DNA of 64,000 nucleotides from Azolla caroliniana (Eukaryota; Plantae; Polypodiophyta), in contig JBHGNT010000002.1 in the NCBI GenBank assembly GCA_043228905.1, positions 26,350,001-26,414,000 on the forward strand, in the 5' to 3' direction. Numbering within the stretch: position 1 is the stretch's first letter; every line of letters begins with the position of its first letter. Under the pieces are notes generated by a model that made no database searches, was not told the origin of the DNA, and was given only the letters and a program-made list of their open reading frames with translations. This document shows positions 24,591-37,142 of this stretch, piece by piece. A program made the position numbers and the translations under genes.

Positions 24591-27500
24591 ATGAAAAGCT
24601 CTAGAAGGTCTAGAAGTTCTTCCTTCAGAAATACGAATTCGAATTCAAGTCCTTCCTCCTCCTTTCCGCGCCATAATGTCATTGATGTCGATAATCTTCT
24701 CCATCTCCCCTCTGACGCTTCTGACTTCTCTGATGAAGAAGAAACTACAGCCAATACCTGCAAAGCTAGCGACGGAGACATTGGTTGTATCCACAGCAAA
24801 CGCTCCCCAGATCAACAGACAATTGATCTCAACCCTTATTGTACCGTGGATTCTAGTCTCCAACAAGCTTCCATTAACCCTAATTCTCAGTATATTGCGA
24901 TCTCCACTCTGCAGCAAGCTTCCATTAAACCTAAACCTAATCCACACGGCCTTTTGAATTTTTTTCGGCAGCAAGCTTCCATTAAACGTAGCCTTTACCC
25001 TATCTCTTATCCTCATGATCTTGAGGATTCTCCACTGCAGCAAGCTTCGGTTAAACCTAATCCTAGCCCTAAGTTTAATACTGTTCTCACACATCTAATC
25101 CATTATTTTGATATCGGCCGCCCATTTCCTCGATTTATTGTCTCAAAGAGACGCCAGCTTCTTCTCCTGTTCTCCTTCTGCGTGCTCTATCTTCTCGTAG
25201 GAAAGATGGCCTTTATATCCCTTCTGTTCGACTTGAATACATATACTCCAAAGGTGAGAAATATCTTTCTGTCTTTCGTTACATGACCGTCAATATATCT
25301 CTGATTCTTTTCTCTGCTTCTTTAGGTCTAGTTTCATTTTGTTCTTCTTTCTTCTTCATAATTCTCAGCATGAAACAATTATGCGAATTATTACTACGGT
25401 TTGTGCAGGTTGATCCGTACATAAGAATTTACACAGGGAGGATTAATCACGTGACAGAAGACGAGATGTCCTCCCAGGTATTGTGTTTCCTCTGCTCTCT
25501 CTCTCTCTCTCTCTCTCTCTCTAGATCAGAGCTTTCTGATTAAAAAAACCCATAGCCTTGCTTTGCATTTTACTTTTTCACTGTTTCCCTTACAGGCTAT
25601 GTATCTACTATCAATGATAATGTTTTTTTTGCGTTTTCCTTTTCTTTTGTTACTAGAGAGTTGAAAGGTATGAGGAACTATGGTCTAAGAAAAATGATCC
25701 CAACCATGAACAGTGCATCGAACCCACAAGAGATCATCAGTGTGAGAGATTGAATTTATTGAATCCATTTTTATATTTTGTGCAGAGTTTTTTGCCTCTT
25801 ATTCTCTGTGAAATTGTTGTTGGCAGCACCAGAAGAGGCAACAAATGGGTATCTTCTTGTGAATGCTAATGGAGGGTTGAACCAAATGAGGGCAGGAGTA
25901 AGCATAGATTGTTGTGTATTGTGTCTTCTTGTTTGAAGATTTAAAGTTTAGAGGATTGAAATTGAGCTGGAGTAAGTTTAGATTGGCGTGTCTCATGTCA
26001 TAGCTCTATGAATGTTTCGGCGTTAGAGTATTGTAATGGAGTTGGAGTAAATATAGATTGTTGTGTATTGTGCCTTAATATTTGAAGATTTAAAATTTAG
26101 AGTTCTGTAATTGAGTTGTAAGTACATCTAGATTGTTGTGTATTGTGTATTTGAGAATCTAAGGTTTAGGGCATTGAAATTGAGTTGGAGTAAGTGGAGA
26201 TTTGTTGTGTCTTGTATATTAATCATTTAAGATTTAAGTTTTTAGAGTGTTGAGTTGGAAGATGGATAACAATCTACAGTGTCTTAATCGTTGAAGACGT
26301 TCACATTGTCTTAGTATGGTTGAGAAATTTAAATGAATGTTCTTTTTAACATTGATTGTCATGTCGTGTCTTAGAATTTTTAGAAATTTCAGAGTTTGAA
26401 CCTGAGGTTTTTTACGTATTGATTGTTGTTCTGGAAGTTTTCAAAGCTATCAGCTAATGTTCTTTCTAGTATTGATTGTTGTATTTTGAAACTTGAGCTT
26501 TTGAAGCTTTTAAAGTTTAGGGTTGAACTAATTAACATTCAAATTTGTTGATAGATATGTGACATGGTTGCTGTGGCAAGTATCATGAATGCTACCCTTG
26601 TAATACCCTTTCTTGATCATACATCCTTCTGGGCTGATCCAAGGTTTGCCATCATTTTCTTTGCAGAACTATCAGATATTTATGCACTCATTACATTAAA
26701 TTTATGTTCCGTCCAGTTGATCTCTTTGATCTTTATCTGAACATTAGGAAGGCCCCTTTATCTTCAGGCAGACCTCTTCATTCTTTATTTTCCCAAATGC
26801 CCTTGAATTTTTGTAACCCCCTCCGTGGAAAAAGGGGATGAAGTGACCATATAATTTCTCTCAGGGTGTGGTAAGTAAAATCTCGAGGCATATGGGGAAA
26901 TAAAGAAAACCTAAGTATTTTTCAGAATCTTCCATCCCTTTGAATGGAATTGTTTTTCATCTTTGATTTAAATGGAATTTCCAGTGAATTCAAAGACATT
27001 TTCGATGTGGAACATTTTATCCACTCTTTGGAAGATTATGTACATGTAGTGAAGTCTCTACCACCATCATTGCAAAATGTTGAACCTTTCAAAAAGACTC
27101 CTATCTCGTGGTCTCAGGTACATCCATGCCTTCTTTCATAAGTGTGGTGCATCATACATTACAAAAGGTTACATAAGAACTTACAGACCACATTCTTTAT
27201 CAACATTCAAACCTGTTTCTTCTATCATTGTCACGTCATGAAGTTTGCATTCTCACATGTTTTCTATAATGCAGGCAACCTACTATGAAGAAGATGTGCT
27301 TCCTTTGCTCAAAGAACATAAGGTGCTATATTTTACACATGCGGATTCACGGCTAGCCAACAATGGCCTAGCTGATTCAGTACAACGCCTGCGTTGCCGA
27401 GCGAATTATCTAGCACTGCGTTTTGTTCAACCCATTCAGAACCTTGGAGAGTCTCTTGCTGGAAAATTTCGCCAAAGAAATGAACCCTACATTGCTCTTC

Positions 27501-30500
27501 ATCTTCGGTACGTTGAAATGCTGTCTTTCTTCTAGTATCTTAGAAATATATGCATGGACCACATGCAATACAAACTTTTCTCTGCGTTTTATGAAAGGTA
27601 TGTATTCATTATGTTTTATATAGGCGTTTTTTGCTTTAGTTATGAGAAGGATATGCTTGCATTTACGGGATGCGCCCATGGATTGAGGGAGGATGAAGCA
27701 GAGGAGCTCCGAGAAATGAGGTATCGAGTACAACATTGGAAGGAGAAAGAGATCGATGGTGAGGAAAGGCGTCTCTTGGGTGGTTGTCCCTTGACTCCTC
27801 ATGAAACTGGGTTGCTGCTTAAAGGTTTAGGTTACCCATCATCTACAAAGATCTATATTGTAGCTGGTAACCTCTTCGGAAATGATAGTATGCTTTCTTT
27901 GAAGAAGCATTTTCCCAATGTGTTTTCACATTCAGATTTGGCATTTGAGGAAGAGCTTTACCCTTTGAAAGGGTATCAAAACAGATTAGCTGGACTAGAT
28001 TACATTCTTGCTGTGGAAAGTGATGTGTTTGTGTACACTTATGATGGGAATATGGCCAAAGCTGTACAAGGCCACCGGTTCTTTGAAGGCTATCGCAGAA
28101 CAATCAGTCCTGACAGGTAAGATATGAACTGTTTTCTCTTGGCCTAAGAGTCTCAGCATATGTACATAATTGGTTTTGTTTTTCTCTTACTCATTTGGAT
28201 TTATTCAATCTATTCACGAATACTGTAGAGAATGAACATCCTACAGTGAGATGTGAAACAGAGAGTTGAGTCCATGCGATAGATATGTTTTAGTCTGCCA
28301 TTTTTCTCTTGCCTTCCTTAGGAATAACTTATAAGCATAAACCAGCATGAATAATCTCCTGAACTCCCAAGGTATTTTGGGTATTTTTGCGCCTTTGGAA
28401 AATTTGCAATTCTCTTGTCATTTGTATGTACGTAAGGTCAATAAAAATTAGGAAAGATCAAATTCATGTGATACAACATTTGGAAGTATCCAAAGTTATG
28501 AATGCGAAATATTGATTATGTGTGAAAGGCGATAATATAAAAGGGAAGTAACTTGTACACACAGCATAAAAGTTCCAATGCTGACATACCTTGGGCAGAG
28601 AATACAGGAGCTTGTTTGGAGCAATGGAAAACCATGGTATGAAAAAAGGCTGTTTTGTAGCCCTGAAAAAGAGATGAAAAGCCTTTGGAGATGGAGGCCT
28701 TCACCCTGAAAAAAGAAGATGAAAAACCATAGAAAATGGCTGTCTTATAGTCTAACCTTTCACGAAAATCAGCCATACAGTCCCAAAAAATACATTTGCA
28801 ACCTAATGTGAACATTTTAATCTGAAACTCCCACTAAAAAGAAGGTTTGGTTATCCCGCATTGTGTGAGTGTGGTGGGAACTACAGGTTGTACCTTTGAA
28901 TGGCTTGGGGATGACATTTATATCCTCCAGAGTCCAGGGTAAGATGATGCCTAAATGAATGTGCTTGTTTGTCCATGACAATGCTCCAGATCCTTCTTTG
29001 CAATTGCCATTTATTTGTGTGAAGAGCCAATAATGATCAAGCATGATGTCTGGAGAAGTGCTCGCCGCCAGGTCTATTTGAAGAAGTTATACGGATTCCC
29101 AACAGAAGTCAGCGATCCGTCTTTGTGTAGTATCTCCATGGGTACATCCACCTCTCATTATGAGGGTCTCTGTATACTTTCACAAATCTTCTCTAAATAG
29201 AGCCCATGACTCAACTACTAAAAAGACAATGAAACACCATCGAATCTCATACTAGGCTGGGCAAAAATGCAATATTCGTCTAAATCTGGCTCTTTTACAA
29301 ATCTGGCATATCCTTTTTTGGGGTAATATGGCCATGTATCCCCGGCCTCAATATCTAGCTGACGTGAGAAAGTACCCATCTGACCAATCGCATGTTCCAG
29401 CCCAGATTATCGATAAAAATCTATCTTCATCTCTAGTGTCTGAGAGACTCTACCCAAGCTCTACGGATATTTAAGTGAACCAGATCTGTTCCTATGACAT
29501 TGTCAATCTCCGAGTGATTTATCCTATCTATATTAGATCTCGTGCAGCTCAAACCGTGATGGCATCTATGCATAACAGCATGAAGCATCCCTCGCCATGG
29601 CAAGCTGTCAACAAGACTCAAAGGACCAATTGTCATACACCTTAGGTATGGCGTCGTCTGAATGGTTAGTTCTAGAAACTGTTTTATTCAGAAAGATTAT
29701 TAATCACCACAAAAGACCAAAAATCCCATCTCTCTGGACGAGCCCATGGAGATGATTCTAACTTGGGTTCTCCCAATTTTATGGTTTTCAATGCTATATC
29801 TGTCTAGAAGTTTAATGATTCGGATTAAACTCAACAATAAGTATCTACAGAGTTAGAACTATCGCTAGCTCTATAGATAGATACTTATTGTTATAGATTT
29901 AACAAACAGGCCTCATCTCTGTAGATTCAATGATCCAAATCCCATCTGTCTGGACGAGCCCATGGAGATGATTCTAACTTGGGTTCTCTCAATTTTATGG
30001 TTTTCAATGCTATGGAGTAAACCACAAAGCCAGCAGCCAAAGAGAGAGATGCAGAATGCGTCAATTGGAACCCCGTTGAGATGACTGTGTGTGGAGTGTT
30101 TTGAGACCGGGAGATCATTAGATTGGCACAGTGGTATGACCTCTAGAGTGTAGGAGAAGTGAGATAGATACATGGTGTAACGATAAGGATTTGACCCCAC
30201 GACCTTGAGAAGTGACTCATACATGGTGTAGTAAAGATGTGTGAAAGCATAAGGATTTTAAACCCATGACCTTGAGTGAGTTGACAGATCACTAGTATTT
30301 GAATTAAGTAGTGGATTTAATCTTTTTCGTACAGGCGGAACTTGGTAAGACTTGTGGATGCATATGAATGTGGAAACATAACATGGGCACACTTTCAGAC
30401 GGAAATGAAGGCTCTGCATGCCAATCGGACTGGTGCACCCCATACAAGAAAACCAAGGGAGTCCCCGAAGCTAGAAGAGAGCTTTTATGCCAATCCTTAC

Positions 30501-30542
30501 CCCGGTTGCATATGTGAGAGAAATCAAGCAAACAGTTACTAA
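24591..30542 (+). CDS. GT106 / O-fucosyltransferase family protein (FRIABLE1-like clade), 9 exons
   Basis: Exons 24591-25253, 25409-25477, 25657-25741, 25827-25897, 26555-26643, 26985-27117, 27275-27507, 27640-28116, 30335-30542; GT-AG and frame-consistent. Motifs [88 protein letters not shown]. Type II TM segment in exon 1. Confidence 0.93.
25895..26270. repeat. Degenerate ~74-bp tandem array beginning at the exon-4 splice donor
   Basis: Unit ggagtaag.atagattgttgtgtattg...gaagatttaaagtttag...attgaaattgagtt starts at about 25895, 25969, 26044, 26116 and 26187. Confidence 0.8.
28830..29700 (-). mobile_element. Degraded LINE endonuclease-region fragment in the last intron of the O-fucosyltransferase gene
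   Basis: Minus-strand fragments such as RSNIDRI (compare the LINE APE SRIDR motif), with many stops and frameshifts. Confidence 0.4.
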
Positions 30543-31303
30543 ACACTCTTGTTTGTTTTGTTTTCTTCTTCTTTTCCATTCTTTCCATTCTTTTTCACAA
30601 AGGAAATGCACTTTGAGTACGTAGTTCTCTAAGCTCTTTATTTGCTACACACACAAAGCAAACACAAAAAAGAGTGGGAATAAAACCACATGATGAGGAT
30701 GTTCTAAATGTACAGGCCAATATTGTTTCAATGATGAGATGTTTTTGAAGGGTTCTTCTAGTGGAAAGAAAGCATGGGTGTTTCATCATTGATTTTTGGA
30801 TGAAGATATTTGTTGACATAAAATCTACAATTGTTTTAAGGCATTTCAATACAAGCTACAATTGCTCCATACATTATTTCTTGATTGAGATGTTTTAACA
30901 TATCATATTGACAATAATATATACTACTATCTCCATGATATCCCACAACCCTTCTATGATCTTTTGTTATTTTGGATAGTAGACGGTGAAACCTTCAAAT
31001 AGATTAAATATCTCTTGAAAATTGAGCATGTTCTCCAAGAAATAGCCATCAAATGAATCCAAAAGTTCATTAAGATCACTTTTCTACACTTATTAAGATA
31101 AACTTTTCTACTTAGGTCCTATGGGTCAATATTGGCCTCTCTATGGACACTAAAAAATCTCTCTCTAGCATGTAGCATTAGTATTGAAAGAAAGAAAGAA
31201 AGATCATGTGGTCGATCGAGATGGGGCTATGAGAGAAAGAGAGGTTAATAATTGGTTGGTAAGCGTGAAAAAAATGTCAGAAGGGTATATTTTAGTAAGA
31301 ATT

Positions 31304-31520
31304 CCAAAAAGCAAAGAACTTATAAAAAGCAAAACGCAAAAAAAAAACAAAAGAGCTGGAAAAAGCAAGGAGGCATGACTCAAAAGCATGTCTGTATTTA
31401 TTTTATTTATTCCATTTCTTGTCCAAAAAGCAAAGAACTTGTAAAAAGCAAAACGCAAAAAAGCAAAGAGCTGGAAAAAGGAAGGAGGTATGACTCAAGC
31501 ATGTCTGTATTTTATTTATT
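31304..31520. repeat. ~119-bp tandem duplication in the promoter of the DUF716 gene
   Basis: ccaaaaagcaaagaactt...gagctggaaaaag...atgactca..gcatgtctgtattt occurs twice. Confidence 0.85.
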
Positions 31521-31680
31521 TTTCCCCTTTCCTTTTTCGCTCCGAAGAGAAAGAATGAAGTCAGACTGAAGAAGAAGAAGAAGAAGAAGTCGACTGCGTA
31601 GATTATAATTACTGGTATGTCCACACGCAGAGAAGATCACAGAGATCCTTTCGATCCGATCGCCCAAGCTTAGCTTCCCC

Positions 31681-32553
31681 ATGGCCTCTCTACCCCTCTA
31701 CGCTTACGCATCGTTTCCTCTCATCCTCCTAAGCTTCTGGCATGCCCTCTGTTCTGCTCGATCATACCTTCGATCCCCTTCGCTCTTCCACGCACGCTCA
31801 TGGCACCCTTTCTCTCTTCTTCGCCATGGAGAGCTCTATACAGAGATCTTATTCTTCCTCTCTGCTTCGATCTATCACGCCATAGCCATATCTTCCTTAC
31901 CTTCAGGTTCAATCTCGCAGATCTACGCATATCAATACCTCTTCGTCCTTATTTTCTTCACGTTCTGTCTCTTCTTGACTCTGATCAGCGAATCGTCTCT
32001 CTCTCTCCCTCTTCCTCAGGAAGCCAACTTCTTCTTCTTGGCGATGGCGTTTGCTCTGGAAACCTTCGTTCTCTACAGATCTGCATCAGATCCGCAGTTA
32101 TTGCTGGAGCGAGAGAGCTTTCATATTCTCTCAACCTTCGCTTTCTTCTCCTCCATCGCTTCTTTCCTTCTCTCGTGGAGACCTCATTCTTTCTTGGTTA
32201 GCATGTCTTTTTCTGCTTCCATCTTTATGCAAGGAACTTGGATTCTTCAAGTAGGACTTTCGCTGTTCTCTGAGCGTTTCTTGCCACAAGGATGCCATCG
32301 ACTGAGCTCTGGAGTTACACAGTGTGATATAGAAGCAGCCAAGGATCGCGCTGTGGCAATTATGGATCTTCTCTTCCTCTTCCACGTGGGCTTCGCAGTG
32401 CTCGTCTTTGTTGTCTTGTTTGGATTTGTATCCAGAAGTGGTGGATACAGAAGAAATGGTGGTTATGAAGGCATGGAACTGACTACTGGCAATGGTGAAT
32501 CTGATCATCTTCTGCAAATGAAGCCATCAACCACCAAAGTTGTCATCGATTGA
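31681..32553 (+). CDS. DUF716 / TMEM45-like multi-pass membrane protein, 290 aa, intronless
   Basis: About 7 hydrophobic segments. Family motifs QGTWILQVGLSL..P.GC...C......RAVAIMDLLFLFH. Confidence 0.85.
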   Translation: MASLPLYAYASFPLILLSFWHALCSARSYLRSPSLFHARSWHPFSLLRHGELYTEILFFLSASIYHAIAISSLPSGSISQIYAYQYLFVLIFFTFCLFLTLISESSLSLPLPQEANFFFLAMAFALETFVLYRSASDPQLLLERESFHILSTFAFFSSIASFLLSWRPHSFLVSMSFSASIFMQGTWILQVGLSLFSERFLPQGCHRLSSGVTQCDIEAAKDRAVAIMDLLFLFHVGFAVLVFVVLFGFVSRSGGYRRNGGYEGMELTTGNGESDHLLQMKPSTTKVVID

Positions 32554-34605
32554 TGATAGTTGGCAATTGATCGATCGGTTCATCAACTGCTTTGATTAAG
32601 ATGGGAAAAGAAACAAGAACCTAACATTCTGTACAGAATCCAACTCTTCAATTGTGATCTATATAACTAAAAAATCTACAGATGGTTTGCTCGTCATTGA
32701 CTACATAAGGATTACATCTCAGTTGCTTAGTAATATATGTATATGTATGTGCTTGATCTTGGTGTTAGCAATGCACGTGTATAAGGAAATAATCATCAAG
32801 CGAGATATTGATATGTAGATGATATTAACATCCATGGGAGATCGAAAATGAACAATTAGGGTCACAGCCGCTCACATGACTGAAATTGGACTTGGGTTCT
32901 CACAATTTAATGACTTTCCGATGCTAGCGTCTAAACCACAGAGAGAAAGGAACAAGATTCTATTAATGTTCTCTCATAAATGATTATACCTATGAGAGAA
33001 TGGGCTTGTGCATAGATGATTTATACATTGTTTTGTGAAATATTTACAACTGAAGGACCATGTGGGTTTTGAGTGAAATCAATGAAATGTGACTGTGAGG
33101 TTGCAAGGTCAAATTAATTCATGACTTTATTAAATGGTCTGAAGCTGGAGGATGGAATTGATCCTAGAGGGATTAGAATTATGCAAATACCTACCCATGT
33201 CGAATATGAATTGGAGGTGACTGATCACATCTATATATAGGGTTTGTACCAAGTAACTAGCAATCATTATCCAAGTTTGCAGATAGCTTTAAATTATAGA
33301 GAATGCTACAATGGCAATGAACTTCAATACAGATACAAATTGCTAAGCACATGTGATCACATATACAGGATTGGTATTTTTAGACATTGGGTATGAGGGA
33401 AATATACGCAAGAATTTGAAGGATGTGCATTGGAAGGTAATGTGGATGGAGAAGTGTGTGAACAGAAAATGGGCCAACAATTCAAATGCTTACAAGTACA
33501 TGTATCCTCCAATATGGCTCAAACCAGTTTTATAAAGGGTGTAGTTCGAATTTTCTATATTGCTTGTGAAAATCACTATGCATTGGTGTGAATGGTTTTA
33601 CATTTTCTTCAAAATTATTTCAAAATGACCCAACTCCAATGTTGCCCTCAATCACCTCAATTCTTACCTCCTAAAGCTCGAATAGTCTTAGTTAAATACA
33701 ATGTCTACCTAGAAAATGGAGAAGTGCTTATAATAAACAAGAAAACTTAGCTTATTATTATGACAAATCAACAGACTACTAAGCTTGGAAGGTCTCAATT
33801 CAAACCTATGGGTGTGGGAAATTTCATGCTAAACTGAATAACTATGAATTTATTAGGCATAGACTACTGTGTTCTTCCTTTCAAATGATGCATTGGATCA
33901 CTTTTAACACTACATTATTTGCTGGTTTCTTACCCCTTATTTTAAAGGGCAGAAATTATAAACCATTATTTGATTCTTATGAAACAAGAAACCCCTTTCT
34001 GTTGGCATGGTAAAAAGAAATAAGAATTTTGAATGTCATTAGTTTTATGTTTTTATATCAACACTTTTTCCCTACTGAACTTTCCCGTGTGTTGACTACA
34101 TTATACTTTATATGCACACTTCATGTTTTTGGCCGTTTGAGGCTTCAAATTCTAATAGATGAGCCATGGAGATCATGGACATATAAGGCCTATTACCATA
34201 AATCAAAGATTCAATTCTATCTGAAATCAATGTAAGGGAAAACCTTAAAATACTGTTTGAAGTAAAGATTGAAAACATTTATATAGCCTTTTACTTGGTA
34301 AAAGGCACTACTATGTATATACAAGTTAGTCGGATGACTTCAAAGAGTAGCAGTAAGGCACAGACAAAAGAGCAAACAATATAAGATATCGCAGGATCCA
34401 CTGCAACCTGTTTCACTTACAGTAAAAAGGTTATAATTATGTGTTCTGGTAGGCCAAATACCAAATCTTCAGACCTGTAGAGGAGAAAAACACCGTTCTG
34501 CGACATCCATCACTTCCACACTTCGCTTATTAAATACTAAAGATTCAGACCTGTATGGGAGAATAACACTGTTCTGTGACATCCATCACTTTGACATACT
34601 CCCAC

Positions 34606-37142
34606 TCATTTAAAGAGCTGCATCATACAGTTATAAGAACAATTCATCAATGTATCAAAGCTTCGCAGCACGTAATGCATTTTGAAACATAAGAAAAAAA
34701 GTGTTTTAGTTTTACCTCCTTGTCTGTTTCAGTCACCTTACCAAATCGGCCTGGTCACATCCAACAATGTAAAACAATCAAAATATGCAAATAAGAGAAT
34801 GTCTTTTCTATTATTTATTTATTCCATTTTGAAGAAAATTGAAACTTTCTTAGTGCACAAAAAACCAACCTGAGTTTGTCTGTGCATTTGTAGATGCCTT
34901 CAAAAAAGTATGATGTTCAGATACGCCCGAATTCTTGCCCCCATGTCCTGTCGCATAGAAACGCATTCATGTCCATGTCAAAACAAATATATGATGATGA
35001 TTGTTTCCAGAAAAAATGGGACAAAACCTTCACTTCCAGACAGTGGCATGCTTGATTTTGATTGGGGAGAGTAAGTAGTTGACCAAGATCGACCATTTGA
35101 TCCCGCCAACTCTATGATTACTTCTGCCTGCTCCAACAAGTCAAATATCTGAGGCATAAATCATTGCTTAAATCTCTGAAATACTCCTGAGTTTTCATTA
35201 TTTCTCGAAATGCCCCCCCCCCCTCTTCAGCAATTATATGTGCTATTTGTGCAATTATACTGTTCATTCATCCTATTTGCTCAATTATATGTTCTCAATT
35301 CTATGGTCAGTTCAGTCTCTTTTTCTCTGTTTTGGAAGTGAAAGGCTCAGGTATTTTCAGAGTTTTACCCAAATCAATCATCATGGTACAGGGACTCGCA
35401 GCTAAAGACTCTGTGGACATATCATAAGGATGGAACCTCACCTTCTCAGAGGATATATCTTCAAAAACATGTGCCAGCCCACCATAAAATATTGTAAGCT
35501 GCCTTGTCATTGGTGCCAGATGATGACTGCAAAATTATAGGATCAGAACGAAGCTCTTGGCTTGACCAAGCATATATAATTCTGTATTGGAACAGATGAG
35601 AAACTAACCTCGTTACAAATGTTGATGATGATTCCAAGTCAAAGCCTTGGGACCTTGACTTTGGTTTTGTAAGGAATGCTGAATCCGTATTCTCTATAGC
35701 CTGATTACCAGACCTAGAATTCAGAAGATTTCCGACATTTGAACCTTTTAATCCTGTCCTTGAACCCTCGTCTGCAGGTGTAGTCTGCAACTGTATAGAC
35801 ATGGATGTATATGTGTCTCGCATCATGTGCTCTTCTTGTGTATTCTTTTGTCCAACTCTGGACGGCCCAAATAGTTCCATGCTCTGCAATCCTAATGATG
35901 AAACTTCCCGTTTCTTAGGCACCAATGCTGGGACATCCATCTTTGGTATCGAAGATGAATTTAAATTTGACGATTTGAACAGAACTCGAGGAGGTTGCAT
36001 TGTCAAATGTAGGTCTTCATTGGCCATCTCTTGATAACCCCTTTTCCTATCATTTGATTTTTCCGTTCGTCCCATCTGCTATTAAAAAAATCGTATCTAT
36101 TTTTTATATATATCAGAGCAGAAAGCAGAAAAGTCTCCAATACGCTGAGCTTTTCTTTTATTTTTCCAAGTGTGCCTAATTTTTTGTCATTTCCTCAAAT
36201 GCCCTTGGTCAACTCCCTCCGGCGTATTTACATGTGTTAGTTGAGTAATTATATGCTCAATTTCTCTCTTTCAGTGGTTGACCAAGCGCATTAGCGGAAA
36301 TACAAGAAAGGAAGTCAAGGAAAACTCAGGGATGCTGCAGAGTTTTCCCAAATAGAAGAGACATTGTTTTTTGTACATTTTTTATATCTTTGGACTTTTA
36401 TCCCTACCTTAAAAGTGTGTGATGAATCTATATTCATCTCTAACTTCTTCTGTGAAAATTCTTTGTATCGAGTGGCCTCTGTTTGATTATGCTGTCTATT
36501 CGTGTACATAAAATTCTCCTTATGTTGGAAGTTACCATTCTCCCTTCTCCATAATGATTGGTCTGTAGATAAAATGATCCACGTGAACATTTAAACAGAG
36601 AAAACACAAAAATTAAGGGAGAAAACTCAGAAATTCTCTAGAATGTTTTTCTACTTCCTAAATACCCCTAAGTTTTTGTTATTTCCTTGGTGAACTCCTG
36701 AAAAAGATATGAAAGGAAGAACTAACCATATAAGTAGTAAAAATACCACATTTTATTGGTTATATAGGGAATTGACCAAGAGTATTTGTGGATAAAAGAT
36801 AAATCAGGGATATTTCGGAGTATGTTATGCAAGAATTAATGAATACGTTATTACAGATATAGCACATCGGTTGTTGATGCTACCTGATGCAATTTCTTCT
36901 GAAGTCTGAAGTTCTACAGAGAATGGGCCCGACAAAATTGCAGGAGAAGTACTCTCTTCGATCTGGCTTGCACTCTGTGGAGATACAGCACATACTTGTT
37001 CAGTTTCTTCAACCAATGTTAAATGATTCCCCGAGCCTTTTGAAGAATCAATGTCTGCGGCAGATATTTGGTACTTTTCTTCACTTTTTGTTCCAACATA
37101 TTCAAAAAAGTCATGAAATACATGTGGTTCTTTCCCGTTCAT
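34606..37142 (-). CDS. TIFY8: TIFY-domain protein, TIFY8 ortholog-like
   Basis: Exons 37142-36884, 36562-36408, 36078(or 36075)-35609, 35526-35442, 35127-35028, then probable 34947-34870, 34750-34716, 34617-34606. Motifs FHDFF, MQPPR, ADEGSRTGLKG and QLTIFYGGLAHVFEDISSEKAEVIIELAGSNGRSWSTT are characteristic of TIFY8. No Jas motif seen. The 3' exons are less certain. Confidence 0.88.
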
